This document shows positions 17,166-27,852 of a stretch of 64,000 bases of DNA, piece after piece. This DNA is from a virus. Position 1 is the first letter of the stretch. Every line of letters starts with the position of its first letter. The notes under the pieces were generated by a model that was not told where the DNA came from, did no database searches, and saw nothing but the letters and a program-made list of their open reading frames with translations. The stretch is from IMG/VR virus record IMGVR_UViG_3300012351_000008, positions 15,962 through 79,961 of that record, one strand, 5' to 3'. The position numbers and the translations under genes are program-made.

Positions 17166-20100
17166 CTAGAACCACACTCGTGCATAATTAGTAAGATTAG
17201 GGCCTGTTGTGGCGTCCACGCTGTATAAATAAATTATTCCGTTTTGTCCCTGGTATCCAGTGGTTGTAACTTTCACAATTGGCACCTGAGAATTAAAGAT
17301 AGACATTATCTCTGGTAACATGAGTCCCACTGTCGTTCCCGGCGCAAGTCCAGCATACAACGTCGTCCCCACCAACTCAATCGTGCTATTGCTACCGTAC
17401 CTCGTGAGCAGGCCATTTCCAAACGCTGTTGCCTGATCGGTGGTCATACCACTTGCTGTACTATTGAGCGCAGTTTGGATTTGCGCAACGATGCCACTAT
17501 TGCCTTCAAGCGCGGCCTGTGCTGCCTGACTGCCGCTATTCTCGAGGTTGACATTGACGCTAGAAGTGCCGACGTATGTGAAAGAGAGAATAGTGCCAGC
17601 AGGAAGTTTAGGAAGCGTGCTATCGTACGAGATGCTCGATGAGAGCGGCTGCCAATAGAACTGCCGGTTGTTGTCTACACCCTGATACCCGACCGTCGCC
17701 CCCTGTCCATTTACGAGGATGGTCGGCGCGCTATAGACAGGATACCCAAGCGTCCATGATGTAGTGCTTCCATCAGCCACCTTGATCTCAGTTGGTGGGC
17801 TAACGAGTCCAGTTACGCCAGTGATGACCTGTTCATTGCGGAAAATATCAGCCGAAGAGAGGACCGTCACTTGTGGTAGGTAAAGGAGATACCCGCTGCT
17901 ATTCGCCGGGTCCGCAACGCTTTGCACTGGGAATGCCCCTGGACGTGCTAAACGCGGTCCAAAGTGCAGTTGCCGCCACTTGTCCACGTACCAGTAATAG
18001 TCTCCGCTCATCTGGACAAGATTGTCCATTTCAGATGAGTAGTACGCAGCAAACGGTGTAGTGATCGGATGAAGCTGTGAAACTGTCGCCCCGGTGCCGA
18101 TAGATGGGCCTCTCACGCAGGCCACGAGAGTAAAGAGTTGAGGCATCATGGATGGGTCACTTGTCGTCATGGTGACTTTTGTGTATAAAACTTGCCCGGT
18201 TAAATTGGAGCCTAAAGGCTGTATCCATAACTGGTAGTAGCGTGATGTACCGCCGTCATTGCGCAATCCGCACTCGCCGGAACCGAGCGCCGACGTGTCC
18301 AGGTATGACTGTTTGCAGGTGCCGTCCCAATAGACGCTGATCAGCCCTCCTTGCATTGTCACTCTGATTCTGTGGAATGTGCCCCTGGTAAACGTGATAG
18401 TGGAAGCGCTTCCAATTAATGACCGTGTGCCACTGGCTACTTTGTAGAGTCGTAGTTGATTGGTAAAACCGCCACTAGAGCTAGCATCGTAGACACCTAG
18501 CTCATAGTAGTTCGTTGTGCTTACTTCGCGCCATACTAGTCCACCTGCGTCAGATTCGTCCATATCACAGAGCAGATCCACATCGCTCGTAGAGATAGAG
18601 TTGTTAACGTAGAGCCCACCAGAACCACCTGAGAGCGTTATACGGCTATTGGTTGTGTCATAGGTAACAGTTGCAGCACTTCCACCGCTCTTGCTGATGT
18701 TGGTATAGCTGGCGCTGGTGTTGCTATTGAATAAGTCCTGCGTGCTGGCTGGCTGATTCGCCCAGTATGTCAGCGCCTCACCGGCTCCGTTGTTCCCTAC
18801 CGTATGGTAAGTGGAGAGGTCTTGTGTGGTCTGTACAGTCAGGCTGGTGTTTGTGGGAATGTTGGCATTCCACGCCACATTGTTGCTGGAAACATAACCA
18901 ACTGGCGAGAGTGAGAGAGCAGGACTGATGCGCGTACCGGAGACAGTGCCATAATTCCCACAGACACGAGCATACAGACCCATAATAATCGGCGTTGAGA
19001 TGGGCGGCTTTGAACTAGAAAGGATTATCTGGAAAACAAGATTGACACTTGAAACAGTAGTTCCTCTTGATAATTGGGGGATTTCAGCGCCGTTTGTACA
19101 TTGTAGCCAGGATGATCCATTATCAATAGAGGCAAGTACAATCGCAGCAGTTTCTGGATGGCCTGTACCATCCAAATCCGACCAGCACACTTGATTGTAT
19201 CCGCATGTTCCCAATGATGCTAACGAGGTAGATGGGGAAGTCCAGATGCCAGATGTTGACGCGAGTATTGAAAAGTTCTCAATACTCGCTGTAAACGAGT
19301 TTGTCGTATTCGTAGCGCAGCGAAAACCCACTTGTCCGGCAGATAGGTAGGTATTATCTAAAACGTCTATATCAGGTGTGCTTGAATGATTAAAGTAAAC
19401 GGTATGTCTGTTTCCTTTCACCACAAGCTTTATGTGATAGTACGTATTCGCGGCTATCGTTTTCGTTACTTGGGCTATGTTGGTAAACGATCCAACGGTA
19501 CTATTATTCCAGCTATTATCTGAAAAGCCGACGACTAGCGTGTTCGCCTGAGAGATTGCTACGTAGTAGGCCATATGATAGTTGGCATTTCCCCAACCAG
19601 TTTGCCGGTAAATAATGCCTGTATCACAATAGAAGCTTGATGTACTCAGTTTTATATCGGCCTCGATAGTTCCATCCAGAATATATCCTGCAAAATCAAA
19701 ACGAGACTGACACCACGTTCCTAGAGGGTTAGTACCAGAGTTTGCACCAGGAGTCATTGAATAGACTCCTCCTGAAGCTGCTTGTGTTCCAGAGTTGGCA
19801 AATCCGGCAAAAAATGACTGGAGCGAAAGCGAGGGAGTACCGCTCCATGATGAGGCAATAGCATTGGCAGTTCCAGTAAGCGTTAAATCTCCATTTGAAT
19901 TTGGTCCGATGAGTAGCTGAGTACCCGTATTCCACTCTGTGCTTGTACCGTATGTCGTAACAATATCACTCACTGTCTGAGCTGCGGCACTATTAATCGT
20001 GATCTGCACTTGTTCGAGAGATGGGATAGCAGAAGGATCAGAGCCACAAGCAAATTGTTCGCGAAGATAGAAAGATAACCCACTCACATTGCCACCAGCG

Positions 20101-23003
20101 GGCAAACCAGGAAGGGCTTGAGAGTTTTGGCATGTGAGCCATGTTGTGTTGTCGTAGGAGGCAAATAATACCATGCCTGGACTTATCCCACCACCGCTTG
20201 ATGTGGTTGCTGCTGTTGTACCCGGTGGATAAGTTACTTGAGGCGCGCCTGATGTCGGGAGACTGGCAGTCCATGTAATATTACTATTCTGTACAAGCCC
20301 TACCCCTGATAGAGAGTGTGCCGGTGAAATCCTATAACTTCCTAATGGATCGTAGACCTGTACTACAGATGTGGTAATAGAGTTAGAAACGTAGCCTCCA
20401 AATACTGATTGCAGTAGAGGTGGATTGAGTTGTGGAGCCGTGGCGCTTACGCCAAAAAATGGACTACCACTCTGACTCCCCAGATAACAGTTTTTCCCAT
20501 ACACGGTGTAGGTTCCAGAACTCGAACCTGCCAGGAATATATCAACAGCTGTGATGGTTTTTCCATTTAGTCCAGTAAGCGTGATATTACGTGTGTACCA
20601 TGTATCTTTGGCATGTCCGCTCAAATCTTGCAGACAATCTACGCTGACACCATTTTGATCATAAATGGCAACTGAATTGTTCAAGCAAAGCGTTCCGATG
20701 TGATCGGACAGAAATGACTTATCGCTAAATTCGATATCCATTCCGGCTAAGAATTCAGGACTCGTTGAAGAAATCCAGAAGTCATAATTAAAGGTATCGT
20801 TCGTCCCAACGGTCATACTTCCAGACCAGATCCTTATGTAAGCAAGGTTTGCAAAATATTCTCCACTTGTTGCGGTGCCTGTAAAGGGAGAAGAAGCACC
20901 GGATGTGCCCTCTTGTGAAATTTGATTTTGCGCAGTTGCAACCGGGGAAAGGAGAGCTTCAAGTTTCAAAGCACTCTGAGTTGTTGGCGTGAGCATGTTG
21001 TTGCTAGCAGTCATATTCGTCAATGTGCCACTACTAAAGTCACTGGTAACACTCTCAGTCAGCATGAATTGTGTACCGGCACGCACCAACTCTAAATCCC
21101 CTGTATTCGATGTGATTGGTGGGGTCGCCGTATTGGGTGCATAGACAAACGGTGTAGTGGTTGTAGTCGCTACGGTGCCGCTTAACGTACCCTGTCCAAA
21201 TGTGGCCGGTGTATAATCGGACTCTAACGCGAAGGCCCCTGTAATGCCCTCCTGGCTAAGTGTCTGTTGCGCAAAGTCGCACACCATATCGCCAGCAGTC
21301 CAGTTGAGGTAGTTCGTCTCGTTGGCCCGTTTATCAACATCATAGTGATGGTCCATTATCGTTAGTTGATGCTCAAGTTGTGCTGCACCACCAGCAGCCG
21401 GTTTGCTCACTTTGTCAGAATTGACGTAGCCGGTGTAGAGCAACCCTTGATTTGAGTCTGAGAACATGACAGGCATACCGCGCTGATAGGACAGCGTACC
21501 AGCAGTATCCTCGACGGTAAGTGTCAGGATCGATCTTTGGTCGAGCGCATCGGCAAGTGTGAATGACTGATCGCGCACGGGAGCCCCACTGCCACTCTGG
21601 AAACTAGATGCCCCAACGAGATTTGAAAGACCTGCAGGCGTACTAATCATCGTAGGCGCAATGGTGGTGCCATCGTTATATACGCCTTGGCTTGCACTGT
21701 TAGAAACATAGATAGTGAAAACGTTGCTTGCCCAGGCCGTCGTGGTATTAAGTACAAACGCATCCATATACAAAGTGTCACCTGCGACAAATTGCCAGAG
21801 CGAAGCCAAAACTGATGGAAGTGTATAGGTTGTTTTCGTAGTTGAGAATGTTTGACTGGTAATTGAAGAGATGGCAATTGGATAATATGTACCATCCATT
21901 GTACGCCGGGACCAACGAGCATAGACCGCGCCGCCGCTCATACTTGTTCCTGATTTGGACAGCGTGAAAATACCCGACCAGGAACCGGCAACGATAGTAT
22001 TACCTGCCAATGAGATAGACCAGCCCTTGCCGGTTGGCGCTGGAAGGGCAGACGTTGATCCTGGTGTTCCTCCCTGGCTTGTCAATTCCACATAAGCATT
22101 CGTGCCCGAGCTCGGAGCAGTGACGGTGAAACTTGTTTCTGTCCCACCTGAAACCTGAGACATCTGATCAGATTGAGTTAGTCCACCTATGGCGGAAGCC
22201 ACATTCGATGCGTAAAATACAGCACTTGTTTGCAAGGATGCGGACGCCGGGATAGCGCGCGTGCTTGTGAATATAAGAGAGGCTGATGCGGGAATGGTTC
22301 GTATACTTGTCGGCGCTAGAAGTGATGCATTAGCAGGAATGGTTCTTATTGGTGTGCTCACGAGAGCAATAGCGGCAGGAATGGTTCTGGTAGAGGTGGT
22401 AGTACTGATATAACCAGGGGTTGTTATTGAAACGCTTGTATAACCAAGCGTGGAACTACTTGACATGTGGACGCGTACATTGCCAGTTGTGCTATTTGTG
22501 GTGATATTGAGAGTTACATCTGTATAGGTTTTATCTCCGGTGGCAAAGGTATTACTTGCAGAAGCCCCGCTAGCCGTAACCGTAAACTGTGTATAGGCTG
22601 TGCTTATAATTGTTTGACTGGTGGCGATGCCCTCCGCAATGAGTGTGTAGGTGCCCCCGCTTGAACGCTGATAGGCTCGACAGTGGATATCACAGGTAAA
22701 GGTGCCTGTGGTAGTTGTCTCAAGTTCAACAGTCCAGGTCCAAGTGCCACTTTGAAAGTGGTTTCCCTCGATAAGGGTCGTATCCTCTAGCCACCCATGA
22801 TTAGAGGGTGAGGGTTGCGAACCTGCGCCCGTTTGTGCTGATGCGTCTCCTTGCGACCATAACTCTACCCACCCGGTTGTACCAGAAGTGAGGTTAGTAT
22901 TCAGATTGACTGCCGTTGCGCCCGTTGATGGATTTTCTAATAGTTTATTTGCTGTACTCAAACTGGAAGCAACGTTGTTTGGGTAGAGTGTAAGAGCCGT
23001 CAT
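17166..23003 (-). CDS. large tail tip/host-recognition protein
   Basis: 1945 aa, Ser/Thr/Gly-rich beta structure, lectin-like segments, TRTIPAxASL repeats; downstream of the tape measure gene. Confidence 0.75.
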   Translation of the reverse strand: MTALTLYPNNVASSLSTANKLLENPSTGATAVNLNTNLTSGTTGWVELWSQGDASAQTGAGSQPSPSNHGWLEDTTLIEGNHFQSGTWTWTVELETTTTGTFTCDIHCRAYQRSSGGTYTLIAEGIATSQTIISTAYTQFTVTASGASASNTFATGDKTYTDVTLNITTNSTTGNVRVHMSSSSTLGYTSVSITTPGYISTTTSTRTIPAAIALVSTPIRTIPANASLLAPTSIRTIPASASLIFTSTRAIPASASLQTSAVFYASNVASAIGGLTQSDQMSQVSGGTETSFTVTAPSSGTNAYVELTSQGGTPGSTSALPAPTGKGWSISLAGNTIVAGSWSGIFTLSKSGTSMSGGAVYARWSRRTMDGTYYPIAISSITSQTFSTTKTTYTLPSVLASLWQFVAGDTLYMDAFVLNTTTAWASNVFTIYVSNSASQGVYNDGTTIAPTMISTPAGLSNLVGASSFQSGSGAPVRDQSFTLADALDQRSILTLTVEDTAGTLSYQRGMPVMFSDSNQGLLYTGYVNSDKVSKPAAGGAAQLEHQLTIMDHHYDVDKRANETNYLNWTAGDMVCDFAQQTLSQEGITGAFALESDYTPATFGQGTLSGTVATTTTTPFVYAPNTATPPITSNTGDLELVRAGTQFMLTESVTSDFSSGTLTNMTASNNMLTPTTQSALKLEALLSPVATAQNQISQEGTSGASSPFTGTATSGEYFANLAYIRIWSGSMTVGTNDTFNYDFWISSTSPEFLAGMDIEFSDKSFLSDHIGTLCLNNSVAIYDQNGVSVDCLQDLSGHAKDTWYTRNITLTGLNGKTITAVDIFLAGSSSGTYTVYGKNCYLGSQSGSPFFGVSATAPQLNPPLLQSVFGGYVSNSITTSVVQVYDPLGSYRISPAHSLSGVGLVQNSNITWTASLPTSGAPQVTYPPGTTAATTSSGGGISPGMVLFASYDNTTWLTCQNSQALPGLPAGGNVSGLSFYLREQFACGSDPSAIPSLEQVQITINSAAAQTVSDIVTTYGTSTEWNTGTQLLIGPNSNGDLTLTGTANAIASSWSGTPSLSLQSFFAGFANSGTQAASGGVYSMTPGANSGTNPLGTWCQSRFDFAGYILDGTIEADIKLSTSSFYCDTGIIYRQTGWGNANYHMAYYVAISQANTLVVGFSDNSWNNSTVGSFTNIAQVTKTIAANTYYHIKLVVKGNRHTVYFNHSSTPDIDVLDNTYLSAGQVGFRCATNTTNSFTASIENFSILASTSGIWTSPSTSLASLGTCGYNQVCWSDLDGTGHPETAAIVLASIDNGSSWLQCTNGAEIPQLSRGTTVSSVNLVFQIILSSSKPPISTPIIMGLYARVCGNYGTVSGTRISPALSLSPVGYVSSNNVAWNANIPTNTSLTVQTTQDLSTYHTVGNNGAGEALTYWANQPASTQDLFNSNTSASYTNISKSGGSAATVTYDTTNSRITLSGGSGGLYVNNSISTSDVDLLCDMDESDAGGLVWREVSTTNYYELGVYDASSSGGFTNQLRLYKVASGTRSLIGSASTITFTRGTFHRIRVTMQGGLISVYWDGTCKQSYLDTSALGSGECGLRNDGGTSRYYQLWIQPLGSNLTGQVLYTKVTMTTSDPSMMPQLFTLVACVRGPSIGTGATVSQLHPITTPFAAYYSSEMDNLVQMSGDYYWYVDKWRQLHFGPRLARPGAFPVQSVADPANSSGYLLYLPQVTVLSSADIFRNEQVITGVTGLVSPPTEIKVADGSTTSWTLGYPVYSAPTILVNGQGATVGYQGVDNNRQFYWQPLSSSISYDSTLPKLPAGTILSFTYVGTSSVNVNLENSGSQAAQAALEGNSGIVAQIQTALNSTASGMTTDQATAFGNGLLTRYGSNSTIELVGTTLYAGLAPGTTVGLMLPEIMSIFNSQVPIVKVTTTGYQGQNGIIYLYSVDATTGPNLTNYARVWF

Positions 23004-23014
23004 ACTTTTCCTGC

Positions 23015-23386
23015 CTAAACTGCCTGTAAATCATTCGTGCGGAATGTTTCGCCACTGTCAGATACAAATAAGTACACAGCCTCGTCACCATGTTTCCATC
23101 CGATACAGTGCGTTGTTTTCCCCTGCTGCATACTCTCATCATTTGGATTGATAATCACCGTTCGACGCCGAAAGAACACAGGTTCAGCACCTTCTGGAAT
23201 GGGTATGCGGTATTCCCTGTCATCGAATGGTTCCCACGTCATCAGGACAATCTCGGAAACAGATTTCTCATCGCGCTCTGCAAAACCACGACCATCGCGC
23301 CTGGTATCGTCAAACTCATCGGTGACAGAACCATCCCGGTAGATAATGCGCCATTGATATGCATCTTTTGTTTTGTTTTGTATCAT
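23015..23386 (-). CDS. hypothetical protein (tail region)
   Basis: AGGA RBS; 123-aa ORF. Confidence 0.65.
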   Translation of the reverse strand: MIQNKTKDAYQWRIIYRDGSVTDEFDDTRRDGRGFAERDEKSVSEIVLMTWEPFDDREYRIPIPEGAEPVFFRRRTVIINPNDESMQQGKTTHCIGWKHGDEAVYLFVSDSGETFRTNDLQAV

Positions 23387-23416
23387 GTCCTACTCAAATC
23401 AAACAATAATTGCAAA

Positions 23417-23485
23417 TAAAAAAGCCGATGGCTCTTGTGGCTCATCGGCTCGTTGAAATGTGTAAAACTAATCTCTATTATGGCA
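23417..23485 (-). promoter_or_regulatory. late leader: extended -10 plus tandem-GAGCC motif overlapping a terminator
   Basis: TGCCATAAT (23477-23485); ACGAGCCGATGAGCCACA (23436-23453); AGCCGATG/CATCGGCT stem plus T-tract. Confidence 0.75.
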
Positions 23486-23506
23486 TACAGAATCAATCCT
23501 TGGGTT

Positions 23507-24028
23507 TTACGCTTCATCGTAGCGTAAAATAATTGAAGGTAGTGATATAGCAGAACCGGCACCACCGACATAATTCACATCCACACCCAAAACCGTCACA
23601 GCCATGTCTCCGTTTGGCCCTGATGCTGATGTAGCGTGGCTAGTGTTGTCATAGACAGCGGGACTCGTCGTCATGAGTGTGTAACCTGCTGGCGTGGCCC
23701 CATTGGAACCGCTAGAGGCTGGTCTGTTACCGCTCGCTGCCTGTACGTAGCTCGCCACGGCAACATCCTTCCAGAAGAGTTGCAAGCCTGTTGACGTGGC
23801 TCCTGACATGTAGATGTTTCTGTTGGTAATGTTCGTTGTCCCTGTGGCGGTGACAGATAACGTGAGATTCTTAATCCATGAGAAGTTAGTGCCTGTCGCC
23901 GTTGGGATGGAGATAGGTGTTGTTGAGGTTGCACTATCAGCTAAGTTGAATGTACATCCTGTTTCCACGTTAGCCCAGGAGACTGATGAACCAGTACCTA
24001 TCTGGGCTTGGCAGGTGGCGGCTCCCAT
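23507..24028 (-). CDS. virion (tail) structural protein
   Basis: Thr/Ser/Gly-rich 173 aa directly after the tape measure gene. Confidence 0.6.
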   Translation of the reverse strand: MGAATCQAQIGTGSSVSWANVETGCTFNLADSATSTTPISIPTATGTNFSWIKNLTLSVTATGTTNITNRNIYMSGATSTGLQLFWKDVAVASYVQAASGNRPASSGSNGATPAGYTLMTTSPAVYDNTSHATSASGPNGDMAVTVLGVDVNYVGGAGSAISLPSIILRYDEA

Positions 24029-24079
24029 ATTGTCGACCTTTCTTTGCTAATCTAGCATAATTAAACTCATGAAAATACT

Positions 24080-27000
24080 CTAAAAACCCCTCATGCCGGT
24101 ACTGAGCCTTACATTCTGACTTAGTGGTACTCCAATCGCTGAAATAATGGCTTGACTATCAAGCATGACGGTAATGTTGGCTGTTTGCGGACCGCTACCA
24201 CCTCCCAATGAACTATCACCACCACCTACGCCCGCTCCAGTTGACATAGGGTACACATTCGAACCGCTTGGAAGCATTACTAGCTCAGGTCCAGCCTCAC
24301 CGACAAGGGCTAAACCAGATGCGCCTCCAGGCTGAAAGTTCTGTACGCCGCTTGCAAAGCCAGGCAGGCCAAACGTACTGATTGAGATACTCGGCATAGG
24401 AGGCCAGTGGAATTCAGGTAAAGCAGGCCAGTGAAACTCAGGAAGTGACGGCCACTTAAATTCTGGAAGCGCAGGCCATTTGATTTCAGGGAGTGACGGC
24501 CACTGAATGGATGGCAACGAAGGCCATGTAAACGTTGGCAACGAGGGCCAGGTGATTGTAGGTAAAGAAGGCCAGGTGATAGTAGGCAACGAGGGCCATT
24601 GAATCGTTGGCAGAGAAGGCCAGGTGATAGTAGGCAACGAGGGCCAATGAATCTCAGGGAGCGAGGGCCATTTAATCTCTGGCAACGAGGGCCACTTTAT
24701 CTCTGGCAAGGAGGGCCACTTTATCTCTGGCAGTGACGGCCATTTGATTGCCGGTAACGTGGGCCACTTTATCTCTGGCAGTGACGGCCACTTGATTTCA
24801 GGAAGTGACGGCCACTTTATCTCTGGCAAACCGGGCCACTTGATTTCCGGTAGGCTAGGCCATTTTATTTCAGGAAGTGACGGCCATTTGATCTCAGGCA
24901 TCGCAGGCCAGTGAAACTCTCCACCGGCACCAATACTCTGTGCGCCACCGGAACTATCTAATTTGGCGTTGTGTACCAGTACATTATTCGCGTAGTAGGT
25001 GTGTGAGCCATCAACCGTGATGTTATATACCTGGACAATATCACGCATCTGGATAGCGATAAGCGTGCATGTGCCATCAACTGTGTGGACATGATCGCCA
25101 ACCTGAAGGGGAGTTGTGATAAGATTGGGATTCTCCTCTTTTGTACTTTCAGGGGAAAGTGATTTCCACCCCTGCGTGGTTGCGAGAGGATGTGAGTCTG
25201 TTGTCGTAAGTGTATTGCCATCAGAAAACGTTAGCTCATAAACCTGCTTCTGAGGCAACACAATACGAGCTAGTATAGTTGTAGGTACTTGTGCCGTGCC
25301 ATCATACGCAAGAACCTGCTCACCTTCTTGCAGCGTTTCAATTGGTTTCTCTGTACCATTAGCCATAAGTACGCGTGTGCCAGCAACAAAACAACCACCG
25401 GCAAAGGAACCACCTGCACCACTGGCACCGCCTCCACCAGTCAGATTATTCCATAACTGTCCTATACCTCCAAAGGTTTGACCTGCACCACCAAACATCT
25501 GACCGATATCTTGCCCAATTGCTGAACCTTGAAAGGCTTGCCCTATACCACCAAAATCAATACCTTTACCGGGGCCAAATAATGCACTACCACTGCCTCC
25601 ACCACTACCACTACCTCCACCGACGAAATTGCTAAAGGCGCTGCCTATACTGTTTCCAACTTTACCCCAATCACCCTGCTGAATTGCTGATCCTATATCT
25701 TGCGCGTATGTTGGCGGGTTGGTATTATAATTTGTCATTGCCTGTTCATCGGCCCGCGTAGCCTGATCATTGTTATACTTTACTGCCTCTTGCTGTGGCG
25801 ATACATAATGTGAAGCATTATAGGACGACTGTCGCTGTTGCAAGAACTTTTGAGCCGCGCCAGCATCATCCTGTGATTGAAGATAATTGGGATCGAGTGC
25901 GTCAGCCATTATTGTTGCGGTTTGCGCTTGTGATTGTAGGGTTTGCGCTGCAACTGTTTGAGGAAGTTGCGCCATTTGCTGTTGATAGTTTATTTGCGCT
26001 TGTGCTTGCGGTCCTGGTCCTTGGAATGGTTCAGGGAGTCCAAGCATTTGAGCACCCTGGTTAATCCATCCTTCAGTACCACTTTGAATCATCGACATTC
26101 CAAGTCCCTGCATACCAGGAACAGTCATTGAAACCAATCCACCCACTACTTGAAGGTTGTTTGCAATATCACTTGTCAACCCACCTAAAAACCCCCCAAC
26201 TCCGCCAGCGCCACCCTGGTTCATCTGATAATTTATCGCGTCTAAGGTCGGCATTATCTGCTTGCCGAAACTTTCAGAAAACGTTTCTCCTGCTTGCTGT
26301 GCTGACTGCCCGAGCGCATCGACGCTACCCGTGAATGTGCCCATGCTATGCGCCGCTGGCCCCTCAGCGATTGCCGCAGCATCATAGATACCCTGCCCTA
26401 CTTGCTGGACAGCCATACCAACCATTTGTACCGCCATGAGTGGCATGATAAACTGGCTTACGCTGTTGACAACACCGCCAACATCACCGAGTGCCCCCAT
26501 GAGTGTTTCACCTAAACTCATGGATTCCATTGCCTTGCCCGCACCTGCTACCGCTCCGCTTGTTTCTCCTGCGGCCTTCCCTGCACTTGCTATTATTCCG
26601 CCTGTTTCTCCTACAGACTTACCCGCATCTTCCGCTGCGCTACCCATCGCATTGAACTGATCAGTAAATGCCTGCGTCTCCCCGCGTGATTCACTAAAAA
26701 CCTGCCCTGTTGACTCTGCATTCGTGTTGAGTTTATTCAGCGATTCACCGGCAACATTGGCATTTTGAGCCATGTCATGAAGCGCCGCAGTATTCTCCCC
26801 ACCGATGCTACTGTTAAAATCACTCCATGTTTGCCCTGTCTCGCCCAAGTAACTATTAATCATGGAAAAGGGGTAAGGGTTAGATAACGCATCCTGAAAG
26901 ACGCCCATGTTTTCGGCAAAGGTATCCAGGCCAAATTGCTTGGGGTCGAACGCCTGGCTAACTTCGTGGAGAGAGTCTGCAAACTGTGGCAACATCGGGG

Positions 27001-27472
27001 CCGCTTGCGAGAGTGAATCCCCAAGTTGCGCGAAGTTATCACTGACCGGCTGTATTTGTGTTGCTAGAGATTGCGCATTTTCAGTAAGAGCAGCCATAGG
27101 AGACGATGCAGCCTCTATCTGCTTGACAGTTGCGCCTAGTGGCTCTTGCAATGCCTCATAAGCGCTTCCAGTGTCAAGCAAAGCCTGTTGATGCTCTCCA
27201 AGTACACCTGATACTTCGGAAACCATCGTTCCGCCTTCTTGAAGCGAACCGAATGTATTTTTAGCTGCTTCACCGAGCGGAACAATCGCCTTTGTCGCCT
27301 CCTCTGCCTGACCACCCAATGCAGTCAGTGCATTCCCAACGCCACCTACACCTTCTCCCGCCCCACCCGCTACACCTTGCAGCGCTGCGAGAGCGGCTGC
27401 GGCCTCTTCCGCTCCAGACGTGTCTGCCTCAATCCGTACTTTGGCTATTATATCGTCACTAATCTTTATCAC
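24080..27472 (-). CDS. tape measure protein with internal Hint domain
   Basis: Ala/Gly-rich helical body after the chaperone pair; C-terminal LPGFASG...VGEAGPELV; Hint CFVAGT...VYNITV...LVHN. Confidence 0.85.
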   Translation of the reverse strand: MIKISDDIIAKVRIEADTSGAEEAAAALAALQGVAGGAGEGVGGVGNALTALGGQAEEATKAIVPLGEAAKNTFGSLQEGGTMVSEVSGVLGEHQQALLDTGSAYEALQEPLGATVKQIEAASSPMAALTENAQSLATQIQPVSDNFAQLGDSLSQAAPMLPQFADSLHEVSQAFDPKQFGLDTFAENMGVFQDALSNPYPFSMINSYLGETGQTWSDFNSSIGGENTAALHDMAQNANVAGESLNKLNTNAESTGQVFSESRGETQAFTDQFNAMGSAAEDAGKSVGETGGIIASAGKAAGETSGAVAGAGKAMESMSLGETLMGALGDVGGVVNSVSQFIMPLMAVQMVGMAVQQVGQGIYDAAAIAEGPAAHSMGTFTGSVDALGQSAQQAGETFSESFGKQIMPTLDAINYQMNQGGAGGVGGFLGGLTSDIANNLQVVGGLVSMTVPGMQGLGMSMIQSGTEGWINQGAQMLGLPEPFQGPGPQAQAQINYQQQMAQLPQTVAAQTLQSQAQTATIMADALDPNYLQSQDDAGAAQKFLQQRQSSYNASHYVSPQQEAVKYNNDQATRADEQAMTNYNTNPPTYAQDIGSAIQQGDWGKVGNSIGSAFSNFVGGGSGSGGGSGSALFGPGKGIDFGGIGQAFQGSAIGQDIGQMFGGAGQTFGGIGQLWNNLTGGGGASGAGGSFAGGCFVAGTRVLMANGTEKPIETLQEGEQVLAYDGTAQVPTTILARIVLPQKQVYELTFSDGNTLTTTDSHPLATTQGWKSLSPESTKEENPNLITTPLQVGDHVHTVDGTCTLIAIQMRDIVQVYNITVDGSHTYYANNVLVHNAKLDSSGGAQSIGAGGEFHWPAMPEIKWPSLPEIKWPSLPEIKWPGLPEIKWPSLPEIKWPSLPEIKWPTLPAIKWPSLPEIKWPSLPEIKWPSLPEIKWPSLPEIHWPSLPTITWPSLPTIQWPSLPTITWPSLPTITWPSLPTFTWPSLPSIQWPSLPEIKWPALPEFKWPSLPEFHWPALPEFHWPPMPSISISTFGLPGFASGVQNFQPGGASGLALVGEAGPELVMLPSGSNVYPMSTGAGVGGGDSSLGGGSGPQTANITVMLDSQAIISAIGVPLSQNVRLSTGMRGF
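24392..24910 (-). repeat. 22 tandem 24-bp repeats encoding WPSLPEIK-like octapeptides
   Basis: Trp codons every 24 nt from 24910 to 24404. Confidence 0.92.
24968..25393 (-). other. Hint (intein-like) domain, 142 aa, no endonuclease
   Basis: Starts CFVAGTRVLMANG, has TTDSHPL block B, ends YYANNVLVHN followed by Ala. Confidence 0.88.
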
Positions 27473-27495
27473 CCCCTTTCTCTGCTTGTTTTGTG

Positions 27496-27852
27496 TTAGC
27501 CCATGATTATTTGTGTGCCCCTGGCTGGCAATCGTTGTGGTTGCTGTTGTTGTGCCTGTGGCGTTCCTGTAAAGCCCTTGAACTGTTCTACAAACTTTGG
27601 ATCTGTCGTGTCAACAACAGGCTCTTCATCATTGTCAATAGGGCTTGCTTGTGCCTTCTTATCGCCATTAAACGCCAGCACAATGGCTTGCCTGAGCATG
27701 GCTATCTGCCTCTCTTCCTCCATCTGTTCATAAACAATCCAGTTGGTTAGTTCCACGCTACTCTGATCTGCCAGAAGATCTGCTACATGCTGATAATGCA
27801 GATCTTTTGTAAGCCGATGGACATAGAAGAGATCAGAGCACTCTAGTTTTTT
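27496..27852 (-). CDS. tail assembly chaperone frameshift extension (gpT-like)
   Basis: The -1 frame at A AAA AAC (27846-27852) is open (LECSDLFYVHRL...ELTNWIVYE) into ORF 27496-27756. Confidence 0.8.
   Translation of the reverse strand, partial: KKLECSDLFYVHRLTKDLHYQHVADLLADQSSVELTNWIVYEQMEEERQIAMLRQAIVLAFNGDKKAQASPIDNDEEPVVDTTDPKFVEQFKGFTGTPQAQQQQPQRLPARGTQIIMG

Noticed and set aside
24392-24910. Tandem repeat as a CRISPR array
   Set aside because: No spacers; an in-frame coding repeat with synonymous variation; no cas genes in the window
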